A DNA stretch of 55,789 nucleotides, filler included, from Bipalium vagum (lineage: Eukaryota): NCBI GenBank assembly GCA_037834085.1. It is 3 parts of 3 records of this genome, joined end to end, with 100 filler letters (N's around TTAATTAATTAA, not from the genome) between each part and the next. Parts side by side here need not be neighbours in the genome. Positions count along the whole stretch, not along the records: positions 40,166 to 55,789 come from JBBMKC010155168.1; 2 more parts are not named here. The stretch is one strand, 5' to 3'. Under the pieces are notes generated by a model. It ran no database searches. It was not told where the DNA came from and saw only the letters and a program-made list of their open reading frames with translations. Position 1 is the first letter of the stretch. Each line of letters begins with the position of its first letter. Below are positions 52,233-55,789 of this stretch, in pieces. The position numbers were made by a program, and so were the translations under genes.

Positions 52233-53429
52233 GTGAGTAATAAAATTGATTGATCTGAAAAATCTATATTAATTTTCATGACAGTTAAACTCGTCAACAT
52301 TGTTTCTATGGTTACGTATTATTGTTAGACAATCGATTTTCCTTCTCTGTTTCTTTGTCTTTGTTACTGAATTCTATGAACTATACCATGATGATCAATA
52401 AATAAATTATTCACTTTTCAGTTATTGTTTAATAAAAATTGACTAAACTTATTTTTCACAAGGTCACCAATTAAAATTTTAATTTCAAAAGGTTAATTAT
52501 TATTTCATTACACTCATTGATGATTTGCGATTTATTGATTGACATTGGTAATATTTCCTCTATCACTAAATCCCGGTGCAATCATTATTACATGGTATTT
52601 ATTTTTTACTTATCAGAGAATCGATTTCTAAAATTGTTTGTTTTACTGATTTTATATTTCTTATGAGATATCTCTTGCAAAATGAATGCAGTCCTGTGAA
52701 GTTTTTTCTTAATTTCAATTTGATGATAAAATGAAAATATAAAATTATGGACAATTTGAACTTTGAGTGCCAGCGTTTGTGATTGTCTATTGAATTGTGT
52801 GTTGAAGGTCAACAAGCTTGTAACTTATAAATCATCAACATAATAATAATATTACTAATAATTGCAGAATGACGACCACCAATGAGAGCAGCATTTTCAT
52901 TTTAGATAAAAATATTCATTTGGTACTGAAAAGAATGATAAGTTAATTAATCTGTTTATGGTTAATTCTTTTTTGCTTCTTGTCACATTTACTGAAAACC
53001 AACTTTGAATATTTTTCTCTAATTATCAGTAATTGACCAATTTTATCTCTGTTCACAATGCTTTTCTGTTTCGATGTTTCGATGAGATAGAACAAGGTTT
53101 ATCGGGTTTATGTTGTCACCTTTTTTCAATTATGTTTTTTGAAGTTATTTTTCTGTGAAAATATCTATTGGAGATTTTATTGATGTAATAATTTTTCAGT
53201 AAAAACGAAAAAATATTTTATTTATTGATTAAAACAAATCAATGAACTTTATAAAATTCAAGCGAGAGCTATTCTAGAAACTATCATAAATCGATCCAAT
53301 TCAACAAAATAACGAATATGAAACTTTTCTTATTTTAGTATAAGGTGAAACCATTAATCTGTCTATATTTACATTATTGAATACATCTTACGTTCGAAAG
53401 AGTTAAAAACTAGCCCTCAAAATCCAATT

Positions 53430-53640
53430 AAACTCAAGTCGTGACCGATATCCATCCTTTGTTTCTATTTCAAAAAATTAGGAAAATTTGAGATTGCGAC
53501 TCAAGGGTTTATAAGAAAAATCCTCCATTATTGACTTCATTCTTCCAATGGATATTCTTACTACTTCTTGCAATTGTTGTATTTTGATACTTTGGTTATT
53601 GTGGATCAAATCATTAACATGTTTGAAAGTCGACTGAATT
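53430..53640 (+). mobile_element. Gypsy integrase-core fragment within p38 intron 2
   Basis: IDFILPM...NCCIL and frameshifted LVIVDQIINMFE (cf. DFxGPL..YILVIVDxFTK). Confidence 0.4.
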
Positions 53641-54854
53641 TTTTTTCAATTTTAGAATTATCTTTCAAATTGAGTTTTTAAGTTTTTCTTTAATGATTCA
53701 AACACTGTTTTATTATTGTTTAATATTAAGTGCTCAACAGGTTTTGATAAATTTTTATAAAGTTAATTTCATCAGAAATTTATATCTCAACGTTTTTGAT
53801 TTAATCAAAATTTTCTAAAATCATGTTGTCCATTATTTAACAGGTATTGTTTATAACTAAAATTGTAAAATAAAAAAGTATGAAAGAACTAATTGATCAT
53901 GTACGAAAAATGTGAACTATTCTAGTTTTAAAAAAACCGATTTTAAATCAAAAAAATTTTAATCCAATGATAAAGTCTGATTCTCCTCATTTTAACCATC
54001 CGTTATCTTTTATCAATGTGTGATGCACAGTTATGAGAATTTCTTATTATATGCTTATTTGAAATTATAAAGTAAAAATTTCAATTCACTTTTTCAGAAA
54101 CCCCCTAATCACACTTTTTTCTCTGAGGAATAAATTGACTAGATTTAAGTTTATTAATTCTGAAAAGTAAAAAATTATTGTTAGCATAATATTATTTTTC
54201 GGTCTTATAGGTCTTTCCGATAAAAAGTTATATTCATATATTAATTAAAAAATATCTAGAAATAGACGAGAATAACAACATGCTTAATATAATTATAGTC
54301 CAAAATAAAAACTAATGAAAATTAAAAATTAGATTAGGAATTTTTTTATTGTAATTATTTTTTTAATATTAATAATTGATTAAAATTCATTTTTATCATT
54401 ATGTAAAACACAATTTTAACTCTAATTTTTATTATTTAAGATTTTTAAAAGAGATTATAAAAAGGAAATCTTTTGTCAAAATATAAAGTTTTCAACAAGG
54501 ATTTCAATTTTTTCTAATACTATTTAATAAAGTATTTAAAAATTTTAAATGGTTTTTATTACAAAAATTAAAGAAATAATTAAGCAAAAGATTTGAAGTT
54601 TTTAAGTATATTTATTTTTATTTTATATATTCATTTAATATAAATGAACTATTTTGATTGGTTTAAAAATTATATTTTATAAATAATTATTTTCAAAGTT
54701 TATATGTACATTTTTAACTCTTGAATATTTTTATTTGAACATATTAAAGCTTGTCCTTTTTAAAATAAATTTATTTAGGTTACACTTTTGAGATGTTTGG
54801 GAAATTGTCTAATAAATACAAAATTATTAAAAAACAGATATTAAAGTAAACTAG

Positions 54855-55400
54855 TTAGGAAACCAAAAACGTCGTGCTTTTAAAGTTTAATTAACTAAAC
54901 AGTAAGACAACGAAGTAGTTACCATCACATTCAAAGACCTTTTGACAACGTGAAACTAGTTTTTGTATGCCTTTTCTGTTGAAATCCATGGATTTCGAAT
55001 AAAAAAATTATCTCAACTCGAGTTTCGAACTGTCTATGTCTCATAAAGTTTGAAGAGACAAAAAAGTTGATAATCGCTTGGCGTAATATTATGAGAATAT
55101 GAAGGGTATGATAATAATTTCTAGGCAACTTCAGAAATTTTTTAAGTGGTTAGTTTTGCAGTATGTGGTTTGGCAAAGAAGGCTGCTTCTAGATAGATTG
55201 TAAATTATCAAACTATCCATAAAAGAATATTTTCTCACAACGTGGTAAGTTTGCAGAACAAATTCTAAGATATCTTTACTTTTTATCTTTGAACGATTCA
55301 TATGGGATCCATTTGTTTAACTTCCAATTCTTTCCCATCTGGTGAAAGTGCCATCGAATGGTATCAGCGCAATTACAACTTACAACAGGATATGTAAATG
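54855..55400 (-). mobile_element. mariner relic within p38 intron 2
   Basis: TIRWHFHQMGKNWKLNKWIPYE (cf. WVPHEL), PSDYQLF, KGIQKLVSRCQKVFECDGNY; central catalytic region deleted. Confidence 0.85.
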
Positions 55401-55789
55401 TTACTAGTTTTTAATGATACTAAGGTGTTAAAACGTGTTATAAATACTAGTAACAAGTTGCTGAATAAAGTTACTGAGATAAATAATGTAATAATAAGGA
55501 AATGGTGAAATGTTATTAAATATTAAAAAAAAACAAGAGGCACTGATTTTCATATTATGACTGATTAACTGATAATTTCAACTGAAAAATTGAAAAAGAA
55601 AAATAATTTTTAAAAAAAAAGAGATAAAAATGTAATAAATTTTTGAAGATATATTGAGAAATAAAAATAAATTGGAAAATTTTAATGAGAAAAGAAAATA
55701 AATTATAAAATGATAAAGCTTGTCCACGATGAAATTGTCGCATTTTAAAACTTAAATAATATCAACACCAAACAATATATTTGCAAACA

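Overview
Very AT-rich eukaryotic (invertebrate animal-like) genomic scaffold; no prokaryotic operons, CRISPR arrays, rRNA or tRNA were recognisable. Three intron-containing host genes are supported: (1) a complete 3-exon phosphatidylserine decarboxylase (PISD, minus strand, 32987-34353) whose cleavage motif reads FGST; (2) the first two coding exons of a p38 MAP kinase (plus, 51874-52232; the rest lies beyond the window); (3) two 3' exons (18200-18590 and 24293-24607) of what appears to be a highly divergent TSC22/bunched-like leucine-zipper gene that the ORF track splits and largely misses. There is also a decayed rhodopsin-class GPCR fragment (NPILY motif) abutting a Penelope-like relic. Most of the rest is decayed transposable elements: several mariner lineages, Tc1, maT (DD37D), rosa (DD41D), pogo/Tigger, a mariner-derived MITE, Penelope-like, RTE LINE and Gypsy-like LTR relics, many shortened by internal deletions. 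Two 100-bp N44-TTAATTAATTAA-N44 blocks are artificial scaffold linkers. I do not see a convincing new multi-gene system; the best leads are the divergent TSC22-like gene, the GPCR/Penelope chimera, the p38 5' architecture and the Penelope relic fused to the 5' end of PISD. All family calls come from manual translation and recalled motifs, not database searches, and TE boundaries without terminal repeats are approximate.
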